From Diplonema japonicum (lineage: Eukaryota > Protista > Euglenozoa: Diplonemea), in NCBI GenBank assembly GCA_964019335.1, contig OZ025655.1, positions 558,001 to 622,000 on the forward strand: 64,000 nt of DNA. Reading direction: 5' to 3'. The translations under genes and the position numbers were made by a program. Below are positions 11,525 through 21,834 of this stretch, in pieces; the first letter of the stretch is position 1; the number at the start of each line of letters is the position of its first letter. Below the pieces are notes generated by a model that was given only the letters and a program-made list of their open reading frames with translations, had not been told where the DNA came from and made no database searches.

Positions 11525-13468
11525 CTATGTCCTCCGCCGTTTCTTTGGTTGATGGGTTTCAAAAATCTGATCGACGAGATCACTAGCACTGGAGGTTTGG
11601 TTGCCCTCTAACTTTCTTCTGACGACCTCAGCGATGCCCCGTTCGTGGGCTTCGTCGCGAATAAGTAGTTCTGCGATGAGATAAGCACTGGCACACTGAT
11701 TCTGGAGGATGAAGTTGCGCAGGCCTAGATAGAAGCTTTCTGCCTTCACCGCGATGACAAGTTCAAAGAAGCGACAAGCAATTTCAAGATCGTCTTGCCA
11801 GTTCAAGATCAGGCTGCTTAACTTTTTCACTTGATCTACTGTTGTATTCTCCGCCTCTTTGAACATGTCCAATGCCATACACCACCTCTCCCTCGACAGT
11901 GGTTTCTCCTTCACCCATTTCTCTAGTTCGATGTAGTTGAACTCAGTCACGCATTGTTGTACGTGGTCTAATGATTTTGTCAGCGGTTCGTTTTTGTAGG
12001 AAGACATTCTGATCTGTTTCGGGATGTCTTCAGACATTATCAGCTTTCGCACTGTTTCCACAGACGCACCGTTGCACCCGCTCTTCTTGCAGAACCGTTC
12101 GTAATGCTCCAGGAAGTCGTCGGTGTCTACCCTTTTGTTTCTCGACATGTCGCACCATTCTCTCACCATATCGTCGAAGGTGTCCAGGTCTGTTTCCTTT
12201 TTGCGCATGTTCATCATCATGTATAACAGAATGAGATAGCCTTTATGCCGTACCACTGAGTCATCTCCCGAAAGCAGCGCACCACCTTCCACAACAAAGC
12301 TCTCTAACGTAGCTTCTAGCAAATATTCTCTCATCCGCCCTACGAGCATCATCTGCATCCAGTTGTCCGACTTGTTCGACTGGTACATCCCAAGCTGCGG
12401 AAGCCTCGTTTCGTAATACACTGCAAACGCTTCGTCAAGCCACGCATGGGATCCGTCGCGTGACCTTACCTGGTACCCAAACCATTCATGAGAAAGTTCA
12501 TGGGCTATTACTTGTTTTGACGTTTCACTGCTTAGCTTCCTTAGTATAGACATGTTCAGGAAGCAACTAGAAGGGAGAGCGAGGCCTTGTAAATGCCAGT
12601 TGTTCGGGATTGCAACAATGGAGTATGAAGAAAAACCGTATCCGGGTTGGGGGAATAGCTTTGCCATCCCGGTCAGGATTGTGATGACAACCTTTTTAAG
12701 AGCACCGACGATGGATTCGATCTCAACTTGCGAAACCGAACCCCGTTGGTAGTGAAGAAACACAGGAACGGGATTCCGTGTTAGCTGTACGACACATAAA
12801 TTCTTTGCAACCACGATGCCCAGACTGATGGACGAGGTGGACGGTAGTACGAATGTTGATGTTCTGCGTTTGCATGTATTGCACTTCACAGGAATCTGTT
12901 GTTCACGTGTTTTGGTTGGAATCCAAGCTTTGAACTCTCTTGGATGGCAGACAGTGATCTTCCAGTTTACACACTCTGACGCACAGTCGATCACAGGCAT
13001 CAAAGATTTATTGTTGATAGCCTCGCCGGTCGAATGAAGGAATTCAAGTTCCGACCACCATTTCATGCTGGCGTGGCCCGACGTCCCGTACTTGATGCGA
13101 AGTTTTTCGGTGTTGCTGGGGACCTTGACGATGATGCTGTCGGGGGTTTTTTTGTAGCTGAGTTTTGCTTTTTCGATATGCCGCGGGGCCATGCAGCATC
13201 CCTGTTTGTTACACCCTGAGGCGTGGTGGGAACAGCCAGGGGGATACGCCATGCCTTCATCGTCAGAAGCATTCTTTAAAAGAATCACCTGTTTGATGTC
13301 CAACCCGAGTGCGTCGAAGGACACATGCCGTTGGGACTTGTCGATCCAAGTCATACTGTAGTCAGCGGTGCCCCACATAATCTTCTGTCGCATGTCAACG
13401 CAGAACCACGCGCGGCAGTCTGTGATCTTCACCGCCTTGTTGTTGACGGTGTCAGACGCATCTTGCAT
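11525..13468 (-). CDS. AOPEP: M1 zinc aminopeptidase, aminopeptidase O-like
   Basis: HELSH-x18-E zinc motif. GXMEN replaced by GLALP (AP-O has a similarly variant motif). C-terminal AYLIAELL segment and basic PKKRRRT tail. Confidence 0.75.
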   Translation of the reverse strand: MQDASDTVNNKAVKITDCRAWFCVDMRQKIMWGTADYSMTWIDKSQRHVSFDALGLDIKQVILLKNASDDEGMAYPPGCSHHASGCNKQGCCMAPRHIEKAKLSYKKTPDSIIVKVPSNTEKLRIKYGTSGHASMKWWSELEFLHSTGEAINNKSLMPVIDCASECVNWKITVCHPREFKAWIPTKTREQQIPVKCNTCKRRTSTFVLPSTSSISLGIVVAKNLCVVQLTRNPVPVFLHYQRGSVSQVEIESIVGALKKVVITILTGMAKLFPQPGYGFSSYSIVAIPNNWHLQGLALPSSCFLNMSILRKLSSETSKQVIAHELSHEWFGYQVRSRDGSHAWLDEAFAVYYETRLPQLGMYQSNKSDNWMQMMLVGRMREYLLEATLESFVVEGGALLSGDDSVVRHKGYLILLYMMMNMRKKETDLDTFDDMVREWCDMSRNKRVDTDDFLEHYERFCKKSGCNGASVETVRKLIMSEDIPKQIRMSSYKNEPLTKSLDHVQQCVTEFNYIELEKWVKEKPLSRERWCMALDMFKEAENTTVDQVKKLSSLILNWQDDLEIACRFFELVIAVKAESFYLGLRNFILQNQCASAYLIAELLIRDEAHERGIAEVVRRKLEGNQTSSASDLVDQIFETHQPKKRRRT

Positions 13469-13538
13469 TGGGACACCCCCCAACCTTAGTGAAATATGAA
13501 AAAAAAAAAACGTTAGAAGGCGAATTCGATCCGATGTC

Positions 13539-14051
13539 TCAAAAAAAAATACCCCCAAAAATACGACTTGCCACAATGTACCCGCTCACAAGCAAGAAGT
13601 AAAAAAAACAGAAGCGAAGAAGATTGTTGTCGAAATCATGTTTTGCCCAAAGACGGCTCAATATTTTTCGAGTGCTACCTAGGTATGATACCACTGAGGT
13701 GTATTCTTTTTGCACTGCGGTGAGGGCCTCAGAAGAAGCGGTGATAAGAGATAGAGAGTCACCTTGTTGCTCGATCGCGTTGTTAAGACGCCTGTTGGCG
13801 GCGTTTAAGATCTCCAGTTCATCTTGCTCGTCCTGCTCCTGCTGTTGTTGTTTCCAATTTTTCATGTCTTTCCTAAATCCCTTTGCCTCTTCCCTTGCAG
13901 CCTTCTTCACAGCCTCCCCTAGCTTCTTCATGAGCATCTCAGCATCATCCCTCTCCCGTATCACATTCTTAAGCTCCGTCACTTTCTTCTGAAGCTTCCT
14001 TTGCGGCACCATCCCTTTTGCTATCTCCCCGATCGATCGCTCAACTTCCAT
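13539..14051 (-). CDS. SEC20: Sec20/BNIP1-like ER SNARE
   Basis: SNARE-like helix (SLSLITASSEALTAVQKEY..STRKILSRL) followed by D-x-x-L and a C-terminal TM helix ending YIVASRI. Confidence 0.75.
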   Translation of the reverse strand: MEVERSIGEIAKGMVPQRKLQKKVTELKNVIRERDDAEMLMKKLGEAVKKAAREEAKGFRKDMKNWKQQQQEQDEQDELEILNAANRRLNNAIEQQGDSLSLITASSEALTAVQKEYTSVVSYLGSTRKILSRLWAKHDFDNNLLRFCFFYFLLVSGYIVASRIFGGIFF

Positions 14052-14430
14052 TTTTTTTTTTGTTTTTTGTTTTCTTTTTCTCTTCAAATCTGCGATTTTT
14101 GGACAAGGAGTTGGGTGCCAACCAGGAAGGTGACTAAGAAACTTTTTTTTTTCCTGGGAAAGGACGGAAAAAAAGAAAAGGGAAAAGTAAAACAGAAAGG
14201 GAACAAATGGAGGAAAAAAAAAAAAGAAAACTGTCTGGCTGTGACTTAAAAGTAATGAAAGAAGCACAACCCCCCCATAAAATAATACACCCTCTTACTC
14301 ATTAATCCATCCCTCTGCCGTCAAAAGAAAAAGAGCGGGAAGAAAAAAAGAGTACAATTAGGATAAGATAAGCAAAGAATAAAACGTGAGGAAAAAAAAT
14401 TCAAAAAAAAAAAATCGAGTTCCCTCTGTT

Positions 14431-16653
14431 TCATGCTTCGACCCCGCCCAGTTTTTTCCCGGTTTTTTCTTTCGAAGCATTCTTGTCTTGGATGATGCAC
14501 TTCACTGAGGCGATAAGGTCGGCCTTGAGCCCCGAGCTATCCTGAGAGGAAAAAGAAATTAAAAATTGAAAAATAAGGGAAAACCAAACCTCCTTGTTAT
14601 CTTTCACGTACTGTCGAAGCTGTGTCACGAGAAGACACCCTAACGTATTATCAGCGCAGTGTTTTTCAAAGTCAATTGCACTAATATCGACCTTAAAAAA
14701 GGGGATTTTCTTTTTGAAAAAGAAAAAGAAAAAGAAACATACTTTCTTGGGATCATGCCCTTCGTAATCTTCAAGCTTCCTCTTGAGCCCAACCAGACCC
14801 ACCACCCTTTCAGGCTCATAAGACTTATTGTAGGCAAGGTTCTTGTATCCCTGCAACAACGTTTTGAATGCTTCCATCGATTTGTAGTCGGGCAATGTGT
14901 AGTCGGGGACCTTCTCGTAGTCCTCCTCCAAAGCAATCGACTGCAGTACAGTGAAGTGCTTCTGCAGGGCGGGGTTCGGGTAGTCGAAGGCGTCGTAGCG
15001 TGGTTCGCCTCCTTCGAAAGCAGGCTGGAGCTGCATTCTCCTGATGATCTTCTTCGCTTTCACCACCAGTTCATCGTGGTTGCTGTTATTCTGCGACGGT
15101 TCAGGCAGCGTGATGTCCCGGATATCATTAGCATACGGCAGTTGGATCACATGCATCCCGAACGACTCGTCACGCGACCCGTCCGCCTCTAGTGTCTCCA
15201 GCTGCGGCATCAACGCCACAAGACGGGGTGCAGCACCCTTCCTTGCTATCATTTCTGCAATCCCCACCTTCCCCATTTCTGCCATCTTGATCACAAGGGC
15301 TGCGAACACCTTTGTCGACCCCACCACCGTGCTGTCGTCCGGCGACAAGAAATATGGAGTACCCACCTGGTGGGTCATCTTCACCCGCGACAAGGGCTTG
15401 AACCCAAGGATACGTAGGCACTGCGTGCCGAACTGTGACGACATCTCTTTCATCTCTGCGGGGGTGAACTTCACTGACTCCTTCCCAATGTCGCATGCCC
15501 GCGTGATATCAGAATCTCCCAGGATCTCCGCAGTGGAGTTGCAGATATGCCGCGACTCCGACACTAGCGGTATGTTCGTCTTCGAGTCGAGGAAGATTGA
15601 AGACCCCCTTTTCGCCCTCACGCATGGGAGGTACAACCTGACCCCCATAACAGGCATGTCGACACCTTGTGCACCCATGACAACCTTCAACGTGCCGTTG
15701 GACCGCTTGCGGTGCGTCCTCCTCTTCAGAGGGTCGAGCAGCTCTTGGAAGGACGACTTCGCGTCAAGGTGGATGGCTTTGTCCACGAACTCGTCTTCTT
15801 CCACGTAAATGAGGTCGCGCCAGAAGATAGATGCGTCGAAGGAAGAGTCGTTTTCGTTGGGTGCTGGATGCGCCTTTTGGACCGTGTCGAGGCTGGCACC
15901 GTGGGCACCTGTGAGGGACGTCGATGCCTTCATGAGGCCTTTGATGGGCTCCGAGGATATGAAATCCCCACTACTGCTGTACTGTCCCGATGGCCCGTGT
16001 GTTGGTGGCGACGCTGATGCCAGCTGGTGAGGCAGCCCCTTGCGCATGGCGAAGAGTTGCAGTGTGATATCAGCCTCCAACAGGTCGCGTGACCTGGCAA
16101 CGCACTTGCTGCGTGCAGAGGCATCACCCTTCGTAGGGTTATCATCGTCGGTGAAGACAAGGATCCTGCGGAAGCCGATTGTCTGCGGGAGGCCGTGGAA
16201 CAAGTGCTGTGCTGTCCATAGACCGTCGTTGATGGGGAACTTGCTGTCAGATCCCACGTTCTCCTGGAAAGCGGTCTTGTCTATGATAAGGCTCTCCAGC
16301 TCCTTGATCCTTTGCGCACTGGGCCGCGCAAGGGCGTGGAAGATGTAAATGCCGTTGAAGTCATACGCATTGAGCTTGTGTTTCGTCGCGTACAGCAACA
16401 GGCCCACGAAGTCGCTGTCACTGCTTAGGATCTTGTCCTTGTAGAACTTCATGCAGCACTGTATGGCGATATCGAAGGGTATCTCGCCATCTTTGTTCGG
16501 CTTGAACATGCTCTCCTGGCAGTCGATCATGAACAAGATCGCATCCCTGTCATGCTGCCGCGCAACTTGCGTAGGGAGCTCCTCATCCTCATGTTTCCAC
16601 TCATCGAACAAGCTGTCTTGTTTGCCTTCCTCATTGAGTCCTTTCCATTCCAT
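14431..16653 (-). CDS. KU70: Ku70 (707 aa spliced)
   Basis: vWA start RDAILFMIDCQESM, FTDDDNP, LRILGFKP, PRLVALMP, LPYANDIR, YPNPALQKHF. Removing in-frame introns 14692-14742 and 14542-14589 restores a C-terminal SAP motif (LLVTQLRQYVK..SGLKADLI). Confidence 0.95.
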   Translation of the reverse strand: MEWKGLNEEGKQDSLFDEWKHEDEELPTQVARQHDRDAILFMIDCQESMFKPNKDGEIPFDIAIQCCMKFYKDKILSSDSDFVGLLLYATKHKLNAYDFNGIYIFHALARPSAQRIKELESLIIDKTAFQENVGSDSKFPINDGLWTAQHLFHGLPQTIGFRRILVFTDDDNPTKGDASARSKCVARSRDLLEADITLQLFAMRKGLPHQLASASPPTHGPSGQYSSSGDFISSEPIKGLMKASTSLTGAHGASLDTVQKAHPAPNENDSSFDASIFWRDLIYVEEDEFVDKAIHLDAKSSFQELLDPLKRRTHRKRSNGTLKVVMGAQGVDMPVMGVRLYLPCVRAKRGSSIFLDSKTNIPLVSESRHICNSTAEILGDSDITRACDIGKESVKFTPAEMKEMSSQFGTQCLRILGFKPLSRVKMTHQVGTPYFLSPDDSTVVGSTKVFAALVIKMAEMGKVGIAEMIARKGAAPRLVALMPQLETLEADGSRDESFGMHVIQLPYANDIRDITLPEPSQNNSNHDELVVKAKKIIRRMQLQPAFEGGEPRYDAFDYPNPALQKHFTVLQSIALEEDYEKVPDYTLPDYKSMEAFKTLLQGYKNLAYNKSYEPERVVGLVGLKRKLEDYEGHDPKKVCFFFFFFFKKKIPFFKVDISAIDFEKHCADNTLGCLLVTQLRQYVKDNKEVWFSLIFQFLISFSSQDSSGLKADLIASVKCIIQDKNASKEKTGKKLGGVEA

Positions 16654-16710
16654 ATTTCCCCTTGTGTCTGTTGTGCGTAACTAATTATATGAAACAGGAA
16701 AAAGTAAGGT

Positions 16711-18534
16711 TTAAATCTCATGTGTCTCCACATCACTTCCACAAAGCACTGAATCGGGTTTACAGGTTGAGCAACCCGAGCTGCCAACGACAGACACCAA
16801 CATACTCAGGGAAAGCGAGTGTTTTGCAAGTACTTTGCCCTTCGCCGTTGTCACGGCATTGTACTTGTTGACTAGCTGCGTGAGCCGTGCCACTTCTTCT
16901 TCTTCGGGCATTATGCGTACCGCAATATCAGTGATTGCTTGTGTGGCCACTAACCAGTTGTACAAATAGATCAGCTCTTGGCAGTGAGTTGAGACATGGT
17001 GTCTGCACTGCTCTAGGATGTAGCTGAGGTTTTCTTTCATCTGTCGCTCTTCCTTGCTCTTCAGCAACCCCAACGACAGGACATCACTTTCTTGCACCTT
17101 GGTGCCCTTCATTTCCCTGATGAGATTCGCTAGGATCAGCTTCACGGCGGGCAGCCTTGTGATGAGGTGAGACACCGAGAAGGACGTCTCGATGATGTGC
17201 GAAGAGATCCTTCCATCTGGAAGGACGAGCTTCAGGATATCGCCCCATGTGGAGGAGATGCTTTTCAAGACGCAGCCAACACGGTGGCTTGTTGAGTGTG
17301 CCTCGGAAGACAGCGTATCATCTACATCCTGGTCCGTAACAATCATCACGCCACAAGCCTGCAGGATGGCTATCACAGTCAGCTCCTTGTGTGCGTACAA
17401 TGTTTCGTCACCTGTGACGTACAGTGCCCTGTTGGGACTTTTAGCTGTTGTGTACTTCGATCTCACATGGAACGTGCTGTCCTTCTCCCACTCCAGCGGC
17501 AGCGTTCTGTCCAACGCCAGCTGCCCAACCACAGAAGTCATTTTCGGCAACGTTCCCAGCTGCCTCTGCACGACACCCAGCTTCGACTCTTCCATCGCTA
17601 TCCCTGTTTTCAGCGATCCTAGCACCTTGCTGACAGAAGCAAGCTCGTCAGTCGTCCGCTGCAACTGTAATGACGCCTCATCGTACTCCGTTTGGTACCC
17701 CGCAACAGCTTCTTCCAGTGCAGGGATATGCACCCCAGCTGCTTTTTTTAAGATGTCCAACACCTGGTAGTACAGTCTTGTTACAGAAACATTCTCAAGG
17801 CTTGTCGATCTGTCGCCATGTTGCACCCAAGAGAGCACCTCTTCTTGCGGTTTGACGGTGATGCAGCGTTTTACCGTTGTGCTAATGGTGCTAACCCAGC
17901 TCGAGCATGCAGAGACAATAATGTTGGACTTCGCGTGTTCGAAAGCATCATCGAGCTGTCGTTTTACAGGAAACCCTTCGATTGCGTCCTTCAAGAGCTT
18001 GTCCAAGAGTGTCAGCACAGCATAATCATCGTTGAGCACTCCTTGCTGCGGGTTCTTCATGACGATCACCAGGACCCTGAAGACGTGCACCAGCAGCTGA
18101 TACACGTATGAGGTCTTCTCGCACTCGCTTTTGAATTTTTGCATAGTCCACAAACCTCTTGCCTCCAGTGGAGGGCCTGGGTCTGCCTCGGCTAGCTTGC
18201 TAGCATTAAGTTCCGCTCTCCGCACCTCTTCTACCTTTTCTTGTATCTCAACCAGCTCTCGTAGCTCCTCACGAGGGTCTTCTTCAATCGGTATGCTCGG
18301 CAACCTTCTCCGTGGCGGCCTCGGTTTCGGCTCGTACATCACATACTTTAACTGCCCTCGTGCAGGCGGGGCTGGGCTCTTGTCTGGGAGATCTGCATCG
18401 TCGGGAGAGTCATCATTCAGAAGGACTTGCCAGTCGCTTGTTCCATATGGTGGCGGCTTGTAGCGTCGTGGTGGGGGTTGTGGATGCATGTGTAAATCTG
18501 TAGATAGGTTAAAGAACGAGCTTTTGAACGGCAT
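16711..18534 (-). CDS. Hypothetical protein (Pro-rich N-terminus, coiled coil)
   Basis: 607-codon ORF with coding-like composition. The true start may be MHPQPPP, and there may be a GTATG intron near 16750-16805. Confidence 0.7.
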   Translation of the reverse strand: MPFKSSFFNLSTDLHMHPQPPPRRYKPPPYGTSDWQVLLNDDSPDDADLPDKSPAPPARGQLKYVMYEPKPRPPRRRLPSIPIEEDPREELRELVEIQEKVEEVRRAELNASKLAEADPGPPLEARGLWTMQKFKSECEKTSYVYQLLVHVFRVLVIVMKNPQQGVLNDDYAVLTLLDKLLKDAIEGFPVKRQLDDAFEHAKSNIIVSACSSWVSTISTTVKRCITVKPQEEVLSWVQHGDRSTSLENVSVTRLYYQVLDILKKAAGVHIPALEEAVAGYQTEYDEASLQLQRTTDELASVSKVLGSLKTGIAMEESKLGVVQRQLGTLPKMTSVVGQLALDRTLPLEWEKDSTFHVRSKYTTAKSPNRALYVTGDETLYAHKELTVIAILQACGVMIVTDQDVDDTLSSEAHSTSHRVGCVLKSISSTWGDILKLVLPDGRISSHIIETSFSVSHLITRLPAVKLILANLIREMKGTKVQESDVLSLGLLKSKEERQMKENLSYILEQCRHHVSTHCQELIYLYNWLVATQAITDIAVRIMPEEEEVARLTQLVNKYNAVTTAKGKVLAKHSLSLSMLVSVVGSSGCSTCKPDSVLCGSDVETHEI

Positions 18535-18634
18535 GAGAAAAACAACGAGAGGTTGTTCGGGAGGCTATCCTCTCAGCCAATCAGGCGAATGAGACGCAAC
18601 TCAAGGGCATTTTCTTTTTTTCCTGAAAAACAAT

Positions 18635-19639
18635 TCACTGGCCTCTGCCTCTACCACGTCCACGGCCTAGAGATGGGTTAGCAGGCTCTGTGGCAGGGAG
18701 AGGGGCGGAAGCTACACCAGAGGCAACGTGATTATGCTTGACACCAGCAACGTCAAAAAAGGAGACTAACGGCTGCACGGCATCTGATGGAATACCCAGA
18801 GACGTGTCCAGCTCGTTGAAGTCCATGAAGGGTCCATCCTCGTCCTCATCGAACTCCACCTGTAATTGAATATAATTTCTTCTTTTTTTTATTTGTCCCG
18901 CCCTCTTCACAAACCATTGTAAAAACAGGTTTCGTGACCCCTTGCACGGTGTAGTGCGCAGCACCATGGTACACCTCCTGAAGTGTGACCTCTACCTTTT
19001 CAGTCGGTTCTATAAACTTGAACACCTTCAGTGCCACTGACCCCTGGGATTTCACAGCTGTGGTTTCCTCTCTTTTTTTCGGCGGGGTTCGCTTCTTTAT
19101 AATAGGCATTTCGCTTATCTCCTCTGCGTCATTCTGAGGGTTCTGCGTCTCGAACTCCTTACGTCTGGTGCGAAGCTCCTCATCCTTGGCTTTGCTCGCT
19201 GCTTCTCGTTTCAGCCGCAGCTCCTTCATCTCATGGCTTTCCTCCTCTACGTAGGTTTCATCTTTTGTCCTCTCAAGTTTTTCGAGGAGCTCCCTGTCTT
19301 CCTGTTCTTCTTTAAGCTTCCTAACCTCTCTTGTTGACTGGCCAAAATGCGTTGCGTCGATCTTCAGTACCTGCGAGAATAAAAAAGGTGTCGGATGTTT
19401 GTTGTTTGTCCACAGCAACTCCCCCATTTACACACCTGTCCATGAAACCTTATCTCAGTCTCCACTAGTACCTTCTGTACAGCCCTCGCCTCTTGAAAGT
19501 GAATGAATGCGAACCCATTCATGCACTTGTTGGTAATGTTTTGTATCCTCCCGAACTTCGAGAACAGGTCACGAAGTTCTTCGTCCGTGGCTGTGATGGG
19601 CAGCTGCCCAATGTACACGCTTCTTCCATTTCCGTTCAT
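18635..19639 (-). CDS. RRM-containing RNA-binding protein with C-terminal RG repeat (294 aa)
   Basis: RNP2 VYIGQL and RNP1 GFAFIHF. Introns 19371-19435 and 18860-18914 join three ORFs in frame; ends GRGRGRGRGQ. Confidence 0.85.
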
Positions 19640-19771
19640 GGCGTTATTTTCTTGTTATCTTAGTTTTTTTTTTTCGTTTAAAGGAGTGTACCTAAACAGA
19701 AACAGATGCCAGTTAATTAGGAGAGAAAAAAAAAGAAATCTTGCAAAACACTAAACTGATCGCACACCCGC

Positions 19772-21746
19772 TCACAGGTGTTTGATATCAATGGTCTTCA
19801 TCATCTCCGAAGGGTCGGCCTTCCCTGGAAACATGCAGCTAAGCATATCCGTCTGTGCCTGTGAGGCGCCCAGACTCATGATATGACGCAGTTTCATGCC
19901 GCCCTCCCGGCAAAGGGGTTTGTCGATGAAGTACTTCTCCCACATCGCAGCAGCGATCACCTGTTTTTTAAAATTTTCAAATTCTCCTTTGTACACAACA
20001 AACCTTCGAATAAGTGTACGAATAATACCCAGCAGGGTAGTTGCTCATGTGTTGCATTGAGTACTTAGCGGCCAGTGATACAGAATCTTCAGTGGAGATG
20101 GGGAGGTGGAGCTTTGAGAGCTCAGCGAGCAGTAAGTTAGTGTCGGCACAAGGAACAACTGAGCCGGCAGTGTTTGTATAGGACATGGGGCGGGGGCCGT
20201 GACACGCTAGGTCGACACCAGACAAAATGAGCTGATTCAACTTTTCAGTAGCAGAGAAACACTGTTCGCTTTCGTTGAAAGCCATGACCAAGTCCTCAGG
20301 GATGGGCTGCCCTGTCTCGTGGTGCATTGCGAATTGCGACAGCACCCTGTAGTCATGCGCGTAGTACTCCATAAACTGCGAGAACGCCTCAACGTAGTCA
20401 AGACTCGAACGAGTCCCTGCCACATTCTGGTACTCTGTCTGCCCGAACATTGTGTGCAGCGCATGCCCGAACTCGTGGAACATAGTCACCATCTCATGCG
20501 GTGATAGGAATACCTTCTCCCAGTCATCGGTTGTCCTCTCGACTTGTGCATTGCACGTGAAGATCACAATGGGCAATTGTTTCATCCCTGCTTTCATCCC
20601 TAGCTCGCCCAGCACCTCACTGTGCAGCGACGTGCCTAGCTGCACTGTAAAGTGCCCCGCACTCTTCATCTTATCAGGTCTGTCGATCAGATCCGCGTAG
20701 ATGGTGCCTATGGTGGTCCCGTCGTCGTCGTGCAATACGTACTTCTGCACTGTCGGGTGGTACCTCTCGTAGTCGGGGAGGTCGTTTTCCTTTTTGAGCG
20801 TCACGCCAAAGAGCTCCTTGCATATCAGCTGAAGACCTCTCCATACGTTTGCCACTGACAGATACCGCGTCATCTGATGGATATGTGCCCCGTACTTCCT
20901 GGTTTTGTAGATATGCCCCAGCTCTGCGTGTGAGATCTTCACGTTCCCGAACTGCTTGACGATCTGTTCCAAGACAGCAGCTTCTTCTTTCGCTCGCGGC
21001 TGCAGCATGGAAGACACTGTGTTGATGAAGTGCCAGGCATCCTGGGGTTTCCCTGCCATGGTGCTCTGCATGGCCCAGTCAGCGTAGCTCTTGAATTCGA
21101 GCACCTCTGCAAGTTTGTGTCTGGTCTCCAACAGCTTGTTGAGGATCTTTTGCTGTTCATTAGGATCGACCGTTGTCACGAGGTAGTGCCCCAGCTCTTC
21201 TTTTTCCGACGTCAACCGAACTACAACATCTCGTTCCTCTCTAGGGAGGTGGATGCCGTTGGCATCCATGTCTGTCTTCATGAGGCGTGTGTTCACCTGT
21301 TGCACAGGTGACAACTTGCTCCAGTGCTCTTCCTGCACCAGCGCTTCCAGTATCCCATAAAGGTCTCGGCTCGTGTTCAGCTCAGACATGTACCTATAGA
21401 CCAAGTTGAACGCTTCGCTAGCGCTCTCACGGTAGCGCCCGTCGGGGTGAGTGTTACGTGTCGCCTCTGCGGGGTCCAGCAGCAGGCACATTGTGTTGTT
21501 CATAGTGTCTAAGTAATTAAGTGACTTGACGGGGTCATTGCTCTGCTTGATCAGCCTCACCAGTTCGTGGCTTATCTCTAAACACTGCTCCCCCTTCATC
21601 ATCAGCCCATGTGGTGAGTGCAGGTAGGTTAGGCCATCAACAGTCTCCAAATACTTCTTCGTATCCTGGCACGCAGCAAGCACCTCTGGTGCGACCATAG
21701 GGGCAGCTTTGCCACCCCAGGCCATCGCTGACATCATTTTCTTCAT
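19772..21746 (-). CDS. MIPEP: Mitochondrial intermediate peptidase (M3 family, ~643 aa)
   Basis: FHEFGHALH, YQNVAGTR..DYVEAFSQFME, YPAGYYSY. Intron 19961-20003. Confidence 0.9.
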
Positions 21747-21834
21747 ATTGCAATGTAGCCCTGTGAATGGGTTTCGCATATGTAATTGTCAACGAAGGGT
21801 TATAAACAGAAAGTTACTATGCACATCACTGCAC

